From a bacterium (GTDB lineage: Bacteria; UBA10199; 2-02-FULL-44-16; JAAZCA01), in NCBI GenBank assembly GCA_963674695.2, contig CAXXGI010000003.1:736001-800000 (forward strand): a stretch of DNA of 64,000 bases. Direction: 5' to 3'. This document shows, piece after piece, positions 31,503-42,475 of this stretch (the first letter of the stretch is position 1; each line of letters opens with the position of its first letter). Under the pieces are notes generated by a model. That model did not search any database. It was not told the DNA's origin and worked only from the letters and a program-made list of their open reading frames with translations. Position numbers and translations under genes: made by a program.

Positions 31503-32591
31503 GTGTCCAGAAAAACACCCCTCTACGACGAACATGTACGACTCGGCGGAAAAATCGTCGACTTCGCGGGATGGGAGATGCCCGTGCAATACTCGGGCGT
31601 CATCGATGAGCACAAGGCCGTGCGTGAGGCCGCGGGGCTCTTCGACGTCTCCCACATGGGCGAGCTGGAGTTCAAGGGCCCGGACGCCGAGGCCGCCCTC
31701 CAGTATCTCACCACCAACGATGTAACGAAGATGACCGACGGGCGCGCGCAGTATTCGATCCTCTGCAACGAGCGCGGAACGGTGGTCGATGACATCATCG
31801 TCTATCGCTTCAACCCGCATCATTATATGCTCGTCGTCAACGCCTCGAACGCCGAGAAGGATTTCCAGTGGTGCAAAGCCCATCTCAAAGGGGACGTCAC
31901 GCTGACCGACCGCAGCGACGCATTCGCGTTGATTGCCTTTCAGGGACCGAAAGCGCCGGAAATTTTGGCCACGCTCACCGATCTCCCGGTCGCTGACATG
32001 CCCCCCTATCACTTCCTCCTGGGAGAAGTCGCCGGCCATCCCGATGGCATCGTCGCCAGCACCGGCTATACGGGCGAGAGCGGCTTCGAGATCTTTTCCA
32101 AACCCGCGGACGCACCCGCCATCTGGCAGGCGCTCATCGAACGCGGAAACGCCGTCGGCGTCAAACCCGCGGGACTCGGTGCACGCGACACGCTGCGCCT
32201 GGAGATGAAGTATTCGCTCTACGGCCATGAGATTACCGATGAGACCACGCCACTGGAAGCCGGCCTAGCCTGGGTCGTGAAGCTGGACACGCCCGATGAC
32301 TTCATCGGAAAAGCGGCGCTCGTGAAGGCAAAGGAGAACGGGTTGCCGCGCAAGCTCGTCGGGTTTCGAATGCTCGAACCAGGCATCCCGCGTCAAGGCT
32401 ATCCGATCCTCGTCGATGGCAGCCCCTCCGGCATCGTCACCAGCGGTACGATGTCGCCGTCGCTGGGCGAAGCGATCGGCATCGGCTTCGTGCCGAAAGA
32501 ATCGGCAACGCTCGGCACCGAAATTTCAATTGACATCCGGGGCCGCGCGCGCAAAGCAGAGGTCGTCAAAACGCCGTTTTACAAACGATAA
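31503..32591 (+). CDS. gcvT: Glycine cleavage aminomethyltransferase
   Basis: [37 protein letters not shown]. Confidence 0.97.
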   Translation: MSRKTPLYDEHVRLGGKIVDFAGWEMPVQYSGVIDEHKAVREAAGLFDVSHMGELEFKGPDAEAALQYLTTNDVTKMTDGRAQYSILCNERGTVVDDIIVYRFNPHHYMLVVNASNAEKDFQWCKAHLKGDVTLTDRSDAFALIAFQGPKAPEILATLTDLPVADMPPYHFLLGEVAGHPDGIVASTGYTGESGFEIFSKPADAPAIWQALIERGNAVGVKPAGLGARDTLRLEMKYSLYGHEITDETTPLEAGLAWVVKLDTPDDFIGKAALVKAKENGLPRKLVGFRMLEPGIPRQGYPILVDGSPSGIVTSGTMSPSLGEAIGIGFVPKESATLGTEISIDIRGRARKAEVVKTPFYKR

Positions 32592-32633
32592 CAGAGGGTT
32601 GCCGAGACATCGCCGCAACACATGGAGGAGTCA

Positions 32634-33023
32634 ATGAACATACCGGATGATGTGATGTACACCAGGGAACACGAATGGGTCCGCATCGAAGGAGATGAGG
32701 TCACGGTGGGAATCACCGACTACGCCCAGGAACAGCTCGGCGATATCGTCTATGTGGAACTGCCGACCGTCGGCGATAGCGTTGCCCGCGAAAGCACCTT
32801 CGGCGTCCTCGAGTCGGTCAAGGCCGTGAGCGACTGCTTCGCCCCCATCTCCGGCGAAGTCACCGAAGCCAATGGCATGTTGGACGACCACCCGGAGACC
32901 GTCAACACGGATCCCTACGGCGAGGGATGGATCATCAAAGTCAATTTGAGCGAGAAGACCGAGCTGGAAGACCTCTTGACGCCGGAGCAATATGAGGCGT
33001 TTGTGAATGAAGTGACAGCCTGA
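32634..33023 (+). CDS. gcvH: Glycine cleavage H protein
   Basis: HEWV, GITDYAQ, ESVKA lipoyl-Lys, DPYGEGW. Confidence 0.97.
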   Translation: MNIPDDVMYTREHEWVRIEGDEVTVGITDYAQEQLGDIVYVELPTVGDSVARESTFGVLESVKAVSDCFAPISGEVTEANGMLDDHPETVNTDPYGEGWIIKVNLSEKTELEDLLTPEQYEAFVNEVTA

Positions 33024-33117
33024 TCTCCGTTTTTTTCTTCGTTATTCGTCATCCGCCATGCGTGCCGTGGAAACCCCTCCGTGTCACGCGTCACGAGTCA
33101 CGAGTCACGGGTTTGTC

Positions 33118-34467
33118 ATGCGCTACCTCCCCCACACCAATGACGATATCAACCAGATGCTCTCCACCATCGGCACTGCCGACGTCGAGGAGCTCTTTGC
33201 GAGCATCCCCAAGGCGATGCGCTGCAATCCGGAACTGGATCTTCCCAGCGGCATGAGCGAGATGGAACTGGGTCGCCACTTGTCGCGTCTGGCGCAGCGC
33301 AACACGACGCTGGATGAAGCGGCCTCCTTTCTCGGCGCGGGCACCTACCGCCATTATGTCCCCGCAGCGGTTTCCGAACTCGCCTCCCGATCGGAGTTCG
33401 TCACGCCCTACACCCCCTATCAGCCGGAGGTCAGCCAGGGCACGCTGCAAGCGATGTTCGAGTACCAATCGCAAATCTGCCGCCTCTTCGGCATGGATGT
33501 CTCCAACGCCTCCCACTACAGCGGCCCGACCGCACTCGCCGATGCCGCGCTCTTGGCCCGACGCGTGGGACGCAAGCGGACGAAGATCGTCATCCCCGAG
33601 AACATCCATCCCGACTACCGTCACGTCGTGCAGACCGTCCTCGCGGGCGATGATGACATCCGTACCGTACGCCAAGCCGAGGGGCGCATCGATCGCGCAC
33701 ACCTTGAGGAGGCCCTCGACGAAGAGACGGCAGCGGTCTGTGTCGCCTTCCCGAACTTCTTCGGCGTCGTAGAGGATCTGCGGGACATCGCCACCCTCGC
33801 CCATGACGCGGGAGCCCTGCTCATCGCCGTGGTGCCCGAACCCCTCGCGCTAGGCATTCTCTCTCCCCCTGGGGACTGGGGTGCGGACATCGCCGTCGGC
33901 GAAGGCATCGGGCTGGGGCTTCCGACGAGCTTCGGCGGCCCAACGTTAGGGATCTTCACGGTGACCAAGGCCCTCATGCGACAGATGCCCGGACGTGTCA
34001 GCGGACGAACGATCGACGCCGAGGGTCGACGCTCCTACACGCTCACGCTGGCAACCCGCGAGCAACATATTCGCCGCGAGAAGGCGACCTCCAACATCTG
34101 TTCGAACCAGGCACTCTGTGCGACGACCGCGGCGATCAACCTCTCGCTCTTGGGCAAAGAAGGCATACGCGAGCTGGCCATCATCAATGCCTCGAAGGCC
34201 GCTGCGCTCTGCCGCATGCTCACCGCCATTCCGAATGTCGAACAGGCCTTTTTCACCCCCTTCTTCAACGAGTTCGTCCTCGAGACGCCGAAGCCGGCCG
34301 CCGAGGTCCTCAAGGCCCTCGCCGACGACGGCATTTTTGGCGGCGTCGATCTGGGTCGATTCATCCCCGGGCGCGAAAACGCCCTCCTCGTCTGCGCGAC
34401 GGAGATGAACACGAAAGAAGAGATGGAGCGGTATGCCGAAAAGCTCGGCGAGATAGTGAGATCGTAA
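33118..34467 (+). CDS. gcvPA: Glycine dehydrogenase subunit 1
   Basis: YTPYQPEVSQG, TREQHIRREKATSNIC. Confidence 0.96.
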   Translation: MRYLPHTNDDINQMLSTIGTADVEELFASIPKAMRCNPELDLPSGMSEMELGRHLSRLAQRNTTLDEAASFLGAGTYRHYVPAAVSELASRSEFVTPYTPYQPEVSQGTLQAMFEYQSQICRLFGMDVSNASHYSGPTALADAALLARRVGRKRTKIVIPENIHPDYRHVVQTVLAGDDDIRTVRQAEGRIDRAHLEEALDEETAAVCVAFPNFFGVVEDLRDIATLAHDAGALLIAVVPEPLALGILSPPGDWGADIAVGEGIGLGLPTSFGGPTLGIFTVTKALMRQMPGRVSGRTIDAEGRRSYTLTLATREQHIRREKATSNICSNQALCATTAAINLSLLGKEGIRELAIINASKAAALCRMLTAIPNVEQAFFTPFFNEFVLETPKPAAEVLKALADDGIFGGVDLGRFIPGRENALLVCATEMNTKEEMERYAEKLGEIVRS

Positions 34468-34567
34468 GATAGTGAGATGGCTTAATCGTGATATGGCGTG
34501 ACGGCCAGGAAGACGTTTGCTTGAGGCTATCTCACCATCACGCCATTGAGCTATCTCACCATCTCAC
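34450..34567. repeat. Inverted pair of degenerate 8-mer tandems between gcvPA and gcvPB
   Basis: gagatagtgagatcgtaagatagtgagatgg ... ctatctcaccatcac..ctatctcaccatctcac. Confidence 0.7.
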
Positions 34568-34583
34568 AAAACAGGGAGTCACG

Positions 34584-36077
34584 ATGAACAGTCATTCCGA
34601 AACGACCGATCGCACGGGCATTGGCACCACAGGGCTTGTCTTTGAAGAACCGACCGCGATCGAACAGAGCGTTCCTGGACGCCGCGGCCTCTCCTTCAGC
34701 AAACTCGATGTCGACCGAACCGATATCGGTGAAGCGTTCGGCGCGATCGTACGCGACGCCGCCCCGGAACTTCCCGAGCTTTCCGAAGGAGATGTGAGCC
34801 GGCACTACACACGACTCGGGCTGATGAACTTCAGCAAGGACCTGGGCTTTTATCCGCTCGGATCCTGCACGATGAAGTACAATCCCAAGATCGCCAACCG
34901 TACCGCGGCGCTCCCCGGATTTGCCGACACCCATCCGCTGCAGCCGATTGAGACCGTGCAGGGCAATCTCGAGCTCTGTTTTGAGCTGGAAGAGATGCTG
35001 GCCCAGATCAGCGGCATGCGAGCGGTCACACTCTGGCCCGCTGCCGGCAGCCATGGCGAACTCACCGGCATGCTCATGATCCGCGCCTATCATACCGAAC
35101 ACGGAAATCCGCGCACGAAGGTGCTCATCCCGGACTCGGCCCACGGCACGAACCCCGCTTCTGCGGCCACCTGTCACTACTCCGTGGTCACACTCAAGTC
35201 GGGCCCCGATGGCTTGCTCGACCCCGCGACGGTCGAAGCCGCCATGGACGAGGATGTCGCGGCGATCATGATCACCAACCCGAATACGCTGGGACTCTTC
35301 GAACCCCACTTCCGTGAGATCGCCGACATCGTGCACGCCAAGGGGGGGCTGGTCTATCTCGACGGCGCGAACCTCAATGCCCTGATGGGATATGTGAAAC
35401 CGGGAGCAATCGGCGCCGATGTCATGCACTTCAACCTGCACAAGACGTTTGCCACGCCACACGGCGGCGGCGGCCCGGGTGCGGGGCCGGTCGGGGTGGG
35501 AAAAGCACTCGAACCCTTTCTTCCCACACCGCGCATTCGAAAGACCGACACGGGCTATACGCTCGATCACCACACGCCGCTGTCGATAGGGCGCATCAAC
35601 GCCGCCTTCGGAAACTTCGGTGTGCTCGTGCGCGCCTATACCTATCTGCGCGAACTGGGCGCGGAGGGCGTCATCGGCGTCACGCGCATGGCCGTGCTGA
35701 GTGCGAACTATGTCTGTGCACGATTGAAGGGCGCCTTTGAGCTCCCCTATGACCGACCCGGACTGCATGAATGCGTCTTCTCCGACGCCCTTCAGAACGC
35801 CCATGGGGTGAAGACGATGGATATCGCCAAGAGGCTTATGGACTATGGCTTCCATCCGCCGACCGTCTACTTTCCGCTGATCGTCTCAGGCGCGATGATG
35901 ATCGAGCCGACCGAGACCGAACCCAAGGCGCTGCTCGATGGCTTCTGCGACGCGATGCTCGCCATCGCCAAGGAGTGCGAGACCGATCCGGAACTCGTCA
36001 AGCACGCGCCCTACCTCCCCTTCCGCCGCCGCCTCGACGAAGTCCGCGCCGCGAAGGAAGCGATCCTGAAAGAATAG
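34584..36077 (+). CDS. gcvPB: Glycine dehydrogenase subunit 2
   Basis: PLGSCTMKYN, SAHGTNPAS, NLHKTF (PLP Lys), PHGGGGPG, EPTETE. Confidence 0.96.
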   Translation: MNSHSETTDRTGIGTTGLVFEEPTAIEQSVPGRRGLSFSKLDVDRTDIGEAFGAIVRDAAPELPELSEGDVSRHYTRLGLMNFSKDLGFYPLGSCTMKYNPKIANRTAALPGFADTHPLQPIETVQGNLELCFELEEMLAQISGMRAVTLWPAAGSHGELTGMLMIRAYHTEHGNPRTKVLIPDSAHGTNPASAATCHYSVVTLKSGPDGLLDPATVEAAMDEDVAAIMITNPNTLGLFEPHFREIADIVHAKGGLVYLDGANLNALMGYVKPGAIGADVMHFNLHKTFATPHGGGGPGAGPVGVGKALEPFLPTPRIRKTDTGYTLDHHTPLSIGRINAAFGNFGVLVRAYTYLRELGAEGVIGVTRMAVLSANYVCARLKGAFELPYDRPGLHECVFSDALQNAHGVKTMDIAKRLMDYGFHPPTVYFPLIVSGAMMIEPTETEPKALLDGFCDAMLAIAKECETDPELVKHAPYLPFRRRLDEVRAAKEAILKE

Positions 36078-36204
36078 CTCCGCACGAGGGACGACTGCTC
36101 ACTTCGTTCGCGTGGACGTGGGACGAAGGACGAATAAGCTCTTGCGTCCATCGTCCCAGCGAGCACAAGCTCGCGATCGTCCATCGTCCTTCGTAAGACT
36201 TTGT

Positions 36205-37065
36205 TCAGAGGTAGACCGAGAACGTCCAGGACATGCGCAACACCCCATCATCATCGAGAAACTTCTCAGGCGGTTTGGCAAAGGGGGCGGAGACGCGCAC
36301 CGTGCGCAGCGCCTCCTCATCATAGGCCGCAATCCCCGAGCTGCGAAAGATGAAGAGTTCGGCCAACTCCCCCGTCGAACCCACCGTTACCCCCATCACC
36401 ACATCGACCGATCCGCGTGTCACCCGATTGAAGGCAAAGTGTGAACGCAGCGCCGGCTCCGGATTGAACGCGATCTTGAAGGCGCGCTTCATCCGCACAA
36501 AATACGTGACCCCGGGATAACGCAGGACGTTCAAGTACGTGTTTGGACCACGGCGAAAGTCGGGATAGAAATCATCGAGCGCTCCACCCGACTCACTCTT
36601 GGGGGTGACCTCTTTCTGATCGAAGATACTCTTGTCGAACGCCATCAGCCGATCCTTGCCCTTCTTCTTTACGACGCGCCCGCGTGGCTGAGGCTTTGGC
36701 TTCGATTTCTTCGCGACCTTCGACTTCGTCTTTTTCCCCTGTACCTGTTTATCGCCCCGCGTCGGACCGCCGGCAGTCCCGGTTCGCCCGGTGCCGACCA
36801 TCTCCTGTTTGACCGCACTATCGTACATGCCCAGGAACTTCGGGTTGTCCGGCTTCCGCTCCTGGGCGGGTTTGGCGATATCGGCAATGCGATAGGGATG
36901 TTTGGTCTCCGGCTCGATCACCTGAAAGACCTCGACGAGATCGTCTTCTTGAAAGCGCGGCGCCTTCATCAGGAGCATCAGGGCAACCGCAAGCCCCGCA
37001 TGGAGGATGAGCGAGATGAGGATAAACGGCCAGACCTCTTGTTTTTCACGAATGATGCGCATCAC
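36205..37065 (-). CDS. TonB/TolA-family energy transducer
   Basis: N-terminal SLILH TM anchor, Lys/Pro-rich linker, RSSG..YDEEALR..APF TonB C-domain. Confidence 0.82.
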   Translation of the reverse strand: MMRIIREKQEVWPFILISLILHAGLAVALMLLMKAPRFQEDDLVEVFQVIEPETKHPYRIADIAKPAQERKPDNPKFLGMYDSAVKQEMVGTGRTGTAGGPTRGDKQVQGKKTKSKVAKKSKPKPQPRGRVVKKKGKDRLMAFDKSIFDQKEVTPKSESGGALDDFYPDFRRGPNTYLNVLRYPGVTYFVRMKRAFKIAFNPEPALRSHFAFNRVTRGSVDVVMGVTVGSTGELAELFIFRSSGIAAYDEEALRTVRVSAPFAKPPEKFLDDDGVLRMSWTFSVYL

Positions 37066-37104
37066 AAATCTTCCACGAAAGATAACTGTTCAGGTATCAC
37101 TTAT

Positions 37105-37214
37105 GTCATTCCCGAGTGATTCTCCGCCAAAGGCGGATCAGCCTCTGGCTGATATCGGGAATCCATCACTGCATTGCCCAGACTGGATCCCCGATTTAAA
37201 CACTCGGGGATGAC
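37105..37214. repeat. Divergent REP-like palindrome with nested small hairpins
   Basis: gtcattcccgagtg...gggaatcc...ggatccccg...cactcggggatgac with inserted tccgccaaaggcggatcagcctctggctga. Confidence 0.75.
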
Positions 37215-37269
37215 AAACAAGAAAGGGTTTCTATAGTTGCCCACATGTCATATTGAGACTTTTCACGCT

Positions 37270-38001
37270 TCAAAAACAACTCTCATACGAAAGGGTCGTG
37301 CGCAGGGGTTTTCCCAGGACATGACCGATATACTGTTCCAGCACCTGCTCGGCCTCGCTGGCATGCATCACATCGGCATTGAAAACATTGCGCGCATGCG
37401 CCTCAAAGCCCTTTTGGGCGCGTTTGCTCAGGGGCAGGCGCCCCGAACCACCCATGGCACAGCTTCCACAGATCACCCCGCCCTGCTCATAGTCGAAAAA
37501 CCAACGGGAATGTTCTCCCAACTCCCGGCTGCAACTGACACAACAATGCAACTGCGGTGCATATCCGGAGTGCGAAAGCCACGAAAACTCGAACTGCAAC
37601 ACCTGCACCGGTGTTGGATCCCACTCGCCCAACTGCGCAATCCATGTATCGAGCAGGTCAAACTTCTCCGGCGCGGGTTGGCGCTCCTGGAGAAATAGAT
37701 TGGCCAGTTCGAGCGAACGAGCCAGGCCATGAATACGATCGAGCGACTTCATGATGCCGAAACGGCTTCGCAGTTCACGCGTGGCATCGATGCGCACGAG
37801 GTTTGAGCCCCGCCGGTCGGTATAACGTATTTCTACGAGCGAGCCGGGCTCGAGCGCTCCGCCGAAGCGCCGTTTCGAAGCGCGAGCTGAGCGGGCCAAG
37901 CCGGAAATCCGCCCCAGATCGCGGGTCAAAAAGGAGACGATCCAGTCGGCATCGCCGTAGGCTACGCGTTTGAGAATGATCGCTAACGCCTTCTGCTGCA
38001 T
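37270..38001 (-). CDS. recO: DNA repair protein RecO
   Basis: YGDADWIV, ARASKRRFGGALEP, CxxC..CxxC zinc finger. Confidence 0.92.
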   Translation of the reverse strand: MQQKALAIILKRVAYGDADWIVSFLTRDLGRISGLARSARASKRRFGGALEPGSLVEIRYTDRRGSNLVRIDATRELRSRFGIMKSLDRIHGLARSLELANLFLQERQPAPEKFDLLDTWIAQLGEWDPTPVQVLQFEFSWLSHSGYAPQLHCCVSCSRELGEHSRWFFDYEQGGVICGSCAMGGSGRLPLSKRAQKGFEAHARNVFNADVMHASEAEQVLEQYIGHVLGKPLRTTLSYESCF

Positions 38002-38134
38002 CGCGCCCCCCTTGTGATGACGCATTATACGGCATTTCATGTCCCCCCGGCAAGGGGCGTCCCAAAGAAAAAGGGAGCGGATATCACATCCGCCCCCATC
38101 GGATCTTACTCTCGCTCGCAACACCAGCGCATCC

Positions 38135-39295
38135 TCATCCCTTAGCCTTCTTCTTCCACTTCACTTTCTCTGATTCCGGCGCGGCCTCACGCACAGGGGG
38201 TCGCAACGAATTCCCCTCCGCATCGAAGACATGTACGCGTCCGACGCGGATAACGATATCGATTTTATCCCCTCGGGCGACCTCGGTGTCGGCCGGACAC
38301 CGCACGATCAGCCGGCCACCAGCGGATGAGACGATCATATTGACGAAGCTCCCCATCTGCTCGGTCATCTCGACCCGCACACCGATGGGCACGCTCACGC
38401 GATGCCGCATCTCCTGCGAGGCGAGCTGAACGCGATGCGGACGCACCCCCAGGGTCACTTGCATGCCGTCATGCGCCCGGGCATAATCCAGACGATCCTT
38501 CGGAATTCGGAAACGAATGCCGTCCATCTGGAACTGATACTCCTTCTCCTGCTTAACGATCCTTCCTTTCAAAAAGTTCATCGAGGGCGTTCCGATAAAA
38601 CCCGCCACGAAGAGATTTGCCGGACGATGGTAAACATCCAGCGGCGTTCCGATCTGCTGGATGGCTCCCTTGTCCATGACCGCGATCCGATCGGCGAGCG
38701 TCATCGCTTCGACCTGGTCATGCGTCACATAGACGATCGTATTCCTGATGTCCTGATGCAGACGACCGATCTCCAAACGCATCTCCTCGCGCAGCTTCGC
38801 ATCGAGGTTGGACAGCGGCTCATCGAAGAGAAAGACGCCCGGCTTGCGCACGATGGCACGCCCAATCGCCACACGCTGACGCTGGCCGCCGGAGAGCTGG
38901 CGAGGACGTCGCTCCATCAGCTCCCCAATCCCGAGAAGTTCAGCCGCTTTGTTCACCCGCTGATCCCAGTCCTCCTTGGGCACCTTGCGCAGCTTGAGAC
39001 CGAAGAGCATATTCTCGCGCACATTCATATGCGGATAGAGCGCATAATCCTGGAAGACCATGGCGATATTGCGATGCTTCGGGGCGAGGTGATTCACCAA
39101 CCGACCGTCGATGAAGATCTCACCGCTCGTGATCGTCTCCAAACCGGAGATGAGACGCAGCGCGGTCGACTTGCCACAGCCCGACGGACCGACGAGAACG
39201 AGGAATTCACGATCCCGAACCTCAAGGTCGATCGATTTGAGCACGGTATTATCATCAAAATCTTTTCGCAGCGCTTTGAGCGTTACATTTGCCAT
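38135..39295 (-). CDS. malK: Maltose/maltodextrin ABC ATPase
   Basis: GPSGCGKST, LSGGQRQR, FLFDEPLSNLD, YVTHDQ, TOBE C-terminus. Confidence 0.9.
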   Translation of the reverse strand: MANVTLKALRKDFDDNTVLKSIDLEVRDREFLVLVGPSGCGKSTALRLISGLETITSGEIFIDGRLVNHLAPKHRNIAMVFQDYALYPHMNVRENMLFGLKLRKVPKEDWDQRVNKAAELLGIGELMERRPRQLSGGQRQRVAIGRAIVRKPGVFLFDEPLSNLDAKLREEMRLEIGRLHQDIRNTIVYVTHDQVEAMTLADRIAVMDKGAIQQIGTPLDVYHRPANLFVAGFIGTPSMNFLKGRIVKQEKEYQFQMDGIRFRIPKDRLDYARAHDGMQVTLGVRPHRVQLASQEMRHRVSVPIGVRVEMTEQMGSFVNMIVSSAGGRLIVRCPADTEVARGDKIDIVIRVGRVHVFDAEGNSLRPPVREAAPESEKVKWKKKAKG

Positions 39296-39299
39296 ACGC

Positions 39300-40136
39300 C
39301 TACCCTTTCACACCACCGAGCGTTAAGCCGGACAGGAGCCATTTGGACGAGTACAGAAACAGCGCCATCACCGGCAACGTCACCATGATCGATGCCGCGC
39401 AGAACATGCCCCACTGCGTTGTATACTGCCCCTGCAGCTCAAAGACACCCAACGTCCAGGTGTAGAGTTCCGGACGCTGCAAGACAACGCGGGCAACGAT
39501 ATACTCGTTCCAGGCCATCGTAAAATTAAAGAGAAACGCGATTGCGAGCGACGGCGTCGACAGCGGCAAAATGATGCGCCAGAAGGCGCCGATCTGCGAT
39601 GTGCCATCGACCATCGCCGCCTCTTCGAGCGAGCGCGGGACCGTATCGTAATAGCCCTTCAGAATCCAGATGGAGAACGCCACCGACGAGACCGAGTAGG
39701 CGATCACCAGACCCAGATAGCTGTTGGTGAGTTTGAGTTTGACCAGCATGATGAAGAGCGGCAGAAGCAACATGCCCGCGGGAATCATCTGCGTCCCCAA
39801 AAGGGCCATCATGCCGAGCCGCGACCCCGGAAAGCGAAAGCGCGAAAAAGCATAGCCCGCGGCTGATGCAATGGTCAGCCCAATGAGCGATGTCACGATC
39901 GTGATCAGCAAGCTGTTGTAGAGCCACATAAAGAAATTCGTATCGGTGAGCACATTCCAGTAGGCGGCAAAGGTGGCATCCGCCGGGATAAGCGACAGAT
40001 CCGTGGACATCAGCCGATCGCCCGGCCGCAAGGAAACGCTGAAGATGCGCAACAGCGGATAGACCGCAACGACGCACCAGGCGATGAGGCCCAGGTGAAT
40101 CGCGATCGTTCGAATCCAGAATTTCCTTGGCTCCAT
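39300..40136 (-). CDS. malG: Maltodextrin ABC permease
   Basis: KGYYDTVPRSLEEAAMVDG EAA loop. Confidence 0.87.
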   Translation of the reverse strand: MEPRKFWIRTIAIHLGLIAWCVVAVYPLLRIFSVSLRPGDRLMSTDLSLIPADATFAAYWNVLTDTNFFMWLYNSLLITIVTSLIGLTIASAAGYAFSRFRFPGSRLGMMALLGTQMIPAGMLLLPLFIMLVKLKLTNSYLGLVIAYSVSSVAFSIWILKGYYDTVPRSLEEAAMVDGTSQIGAFWRIILPLSTPSLAIAFLFNFTMAWNEYIVARVVLQRPELYTWTLGVFELQGQYTTQWGMFCAASIMVTLPVMALFLYSSKWLLSGLTLGGVKG

Positions 40137-40169
40137 AGTGCCGCCACCCTTCCCTGCGCATCGTCCGAA

Positions 40170-41213
40170 TCAGTAGACCTCTTCGTATGCCTTCGAAAGC
40201 TTCATCCAGACCAAAGAAAAGGCCATCAGCAGGATGAAGATGACGAAGGCAAAGGCCGCTGCATATCCATACCGGAAGAAATTAAATGCCGCCTTGTAGA
40301 GCGCGGAGACCAGAATGTCCGCCCGTTCCGTACCGCCGCCCTGCCCGGTGAGCAAGTAGATCACCGTAATATTATTGAAGGTCCAGATCGTTCCCATGGT
40401 GATCGCTGGCGCCACCACCGGCTTGAGGAGCGGAATCGTGATATACCGAAAACGCTGCCAGGCACCGGCGCCATCGATCTTGGCCGCTGCATAGAATGAG
40501 GGGGAGATACTCTGCAAACCTCCCAGAATGATGACCGCCATAAAGGGAATACCCAGCCAGATATTGACGATACAGCACATGGCGAAGGCATGCTCGCTCA
40601 TCCAGTTGAGCGGACCCACCCCGAGGGATGCCAGAAACGGAAAGACGTCGGCGACGTGACCGAGCATGATATTGATGAAGCCGAACTGGCTGTGGAACTC
40701 ACCGCGCCAGGCCAGCACCGCCACCACCTGCGGCATCGCCCAGGGGATGATGATCAGCATGCGGTAGAATCCGCGCATACGGATCTTATTGTTGAGCAGG
40801 AGCGCGATGATCAGGCCGCCGATGAGGTGGAAGAAGACGTTGACGAAGGTCCATAAGAGCGTGCGGCCAAGCAGGCCGAAAAACCCCGTCTCCTGCATGG
40901 GGGGCTCGGTAAAGACATCGATGAAGTTCTTCAGCCCCACAAACTGGAGCGATCCGCCCCGCGCCCATTCGCCGATCGTAGCGAGGTTCAAATTTGTGAA
41001 GGCGATATAGGCCTCGAAAATGATCGGATATCCGATAAGCAGCAGCAGACCGACAAACGCCGGCGTCACCATCATGATCGGCAAGCGATTCCTACTGCGA
41101 GGGGCAAAGAGCTGAAACGACCCAAAGATCGCCAACTCGATCACCGCCACGCCTGCGAGAACGAGCACGACAAAGGATAACACTTCGATCAATGAGTTGA
41201 TGATCTGCATCAT
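40170..41213 (-). CDS. malF: Maltodextrin ABC permease
   Basis: IIPWAMP, NIWLGIPF, GLQSI..AAKIDGA, FNN. Confidence 0.87.
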   Translation of the reverse strand: MMQIINSLIEVLSFVVLVLAGVAVIELAIFGSFQLFAPRSRNRLPIMMVTPAFVGLLLLIGYPIIFEAYIAFTNLNLATIGEWARGGSLQFVGLKNFIDVFTEPPMQETGFFGLLGRTLLWTFVNVFFHLIGGLIIALLLNNKIRMRGFYRMLIIIPWAMPQVVAVLAWRGEFHSQFGFINIMLGHVADVFPFLASLGVGPLNWMSEHAFAMCCIVNIWLGIPFMAVIILGGLQSISPSFYAAAKIDGAGAWQRFRYITIPLLKPVVAPAITMGTIWTFNNITVIYLLTGQGGGTERADILVSALYKAAFNFFRYGYAAAFAFVIFILLMAFSLVWMKLSKAYEEVY

Positions 41214-42475
41214 CGTAATCGCATCTCCTTTGCCTTGCGCAACGCATCCGATTCCATGAGTGTCACCGCCTGGTCGAGCGTCTTACGCCCACCGAAATAT
41301 GCCCCCATCTGCGACCGCATGGCATCCCAGACCGCGCGCATCTCGACCTGCATCGGCATCGGTTTTCCCAGCGTCAGCTCATCGAACGACCCCTTGATAA
41401 AATCAGGCGCCTTTTTCTTGGCTGCCACAAAGGCCTTTTTCAGGCCCGGAAGGCGCCCGAGGCGATCGAACTGCTTGAGCTGATTTTCATAGCTCGTCAT
41501 AAACCGAACGAAGGCGAGCGCCCGTTCGAGCTGCTCGCCTTTGAGACGTGAATTGAGCATGAGGTATTTTCCGCCCACCATCGGGCGCATCGGGATGCCG
41601 GTCGCACTAATTTTTGGCAAGACCGCCGTCTGAAAAGCCTCGCCGAGGCGTTCCCGGTAGGCTTCGATCGCCCAATCGCCGTTGATAGCGAACGCCAGAC
41701 GGCCCTCTTTAAAAAGCCCATCCATGCAATTGTAATCGCATTCCGGAGGCATGACCCGACCGTCATTGAGCATCTCTTCGAAGAACATGAGTGCTGCGCG
41801 CATCGGCGGCGTATCCAGCGACGGCGTCGTTCCCACGATCGGCCAGCCGTCGAACCCGGTCAGCCACGGCATGAAGAAGAAGGGCTCGCCGTTGTTGCTG
41901 GCCAAACAATACGCCTTTTCATCCTTGTCCAGGATGCCCTTGCAGATCTTCAGGAGATCATCCGTATTTTCCGGAATGGCCTTGGCAAGATTGCGGTTGA
42001 CGAAGAGCATGAGGTGATTTCCGGCACTGACCGGAATGCCCCATATATGCCCGCCATCGGTCACCGCCTCGATGGCCACCGGGAGATACTCTTTGGTGTC
42101 GATATATTGCTCGACCGGATGAATGAATTTACCGATGGAAAAGATGCCCGCCTTGTCACTGGCCCCGAGAACGACGTCCGGGCCCGCACCGGCGATCGCT
42201 GCGGTGAGATACTGCTGATGAAGATCCTCCGGATCGTAGTGGACCTGCTCGACCTCGATACTGCCACCCTGCTCGCGAACGAACTGGGCGATCAACTCCT
42301 CCATGAAGGGCATGATGCGTGCATCCTCCATGTGCCAGAGGACAAGCTTCGGTCCCGAACCGGAATACCGCCGTTTACAACCGGCCGTCACCAGCAGACA
42401 CGCGATCAGTGCCATCAAACCGATGGCCTGCATCCATCGCCGCCCATTGAAACTATGAGGTAAGAGCTTTTTCAT
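41210..42475 (-). CDS. malE: Maltodextrin-binding lipoprotein
   Basis: Lipobox TAGC, GPDV, INGDW, PMP..EMRAVW. Confidence 0.85.
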   Translation of the reverse strand: MKKLLPHSFNGRRWMQAIGLMALIACLLVTAGCKRRYSGSGPKLVLWHMEDARIMPFMEELIAQFVREQGGSIEVEQVHYDPEDLHQQYLTAAIAGAGPDVVLGASDKAGIFSIGKFIHPVEQYIDTKEYLPVAIEAVTDGGHIWGIPVSAGNHLMLFVNRNLAKAIPENTDDLLKICKGILDKDEKAYCLASNNGEPFFFMPWLTGFDGWPIVGTTPSLDTPPMRAALMFFEEMLNDGRVMPPECDYNCMDGLFKEGRLAFAINGDWAIEAYRERLGEAFQTAVLPKISATGIPMRPMVGGKYLMLNSRLKGEQLERALAFVRFMTSYENQLKQFDRLGRLPGLKKAFVAAKKKAPDFIKGSFDELTLGKPMPMQVEMRAVWDAMRSQMGAYFGGRKTLDQAVTLMESDALRKAKEMRLR

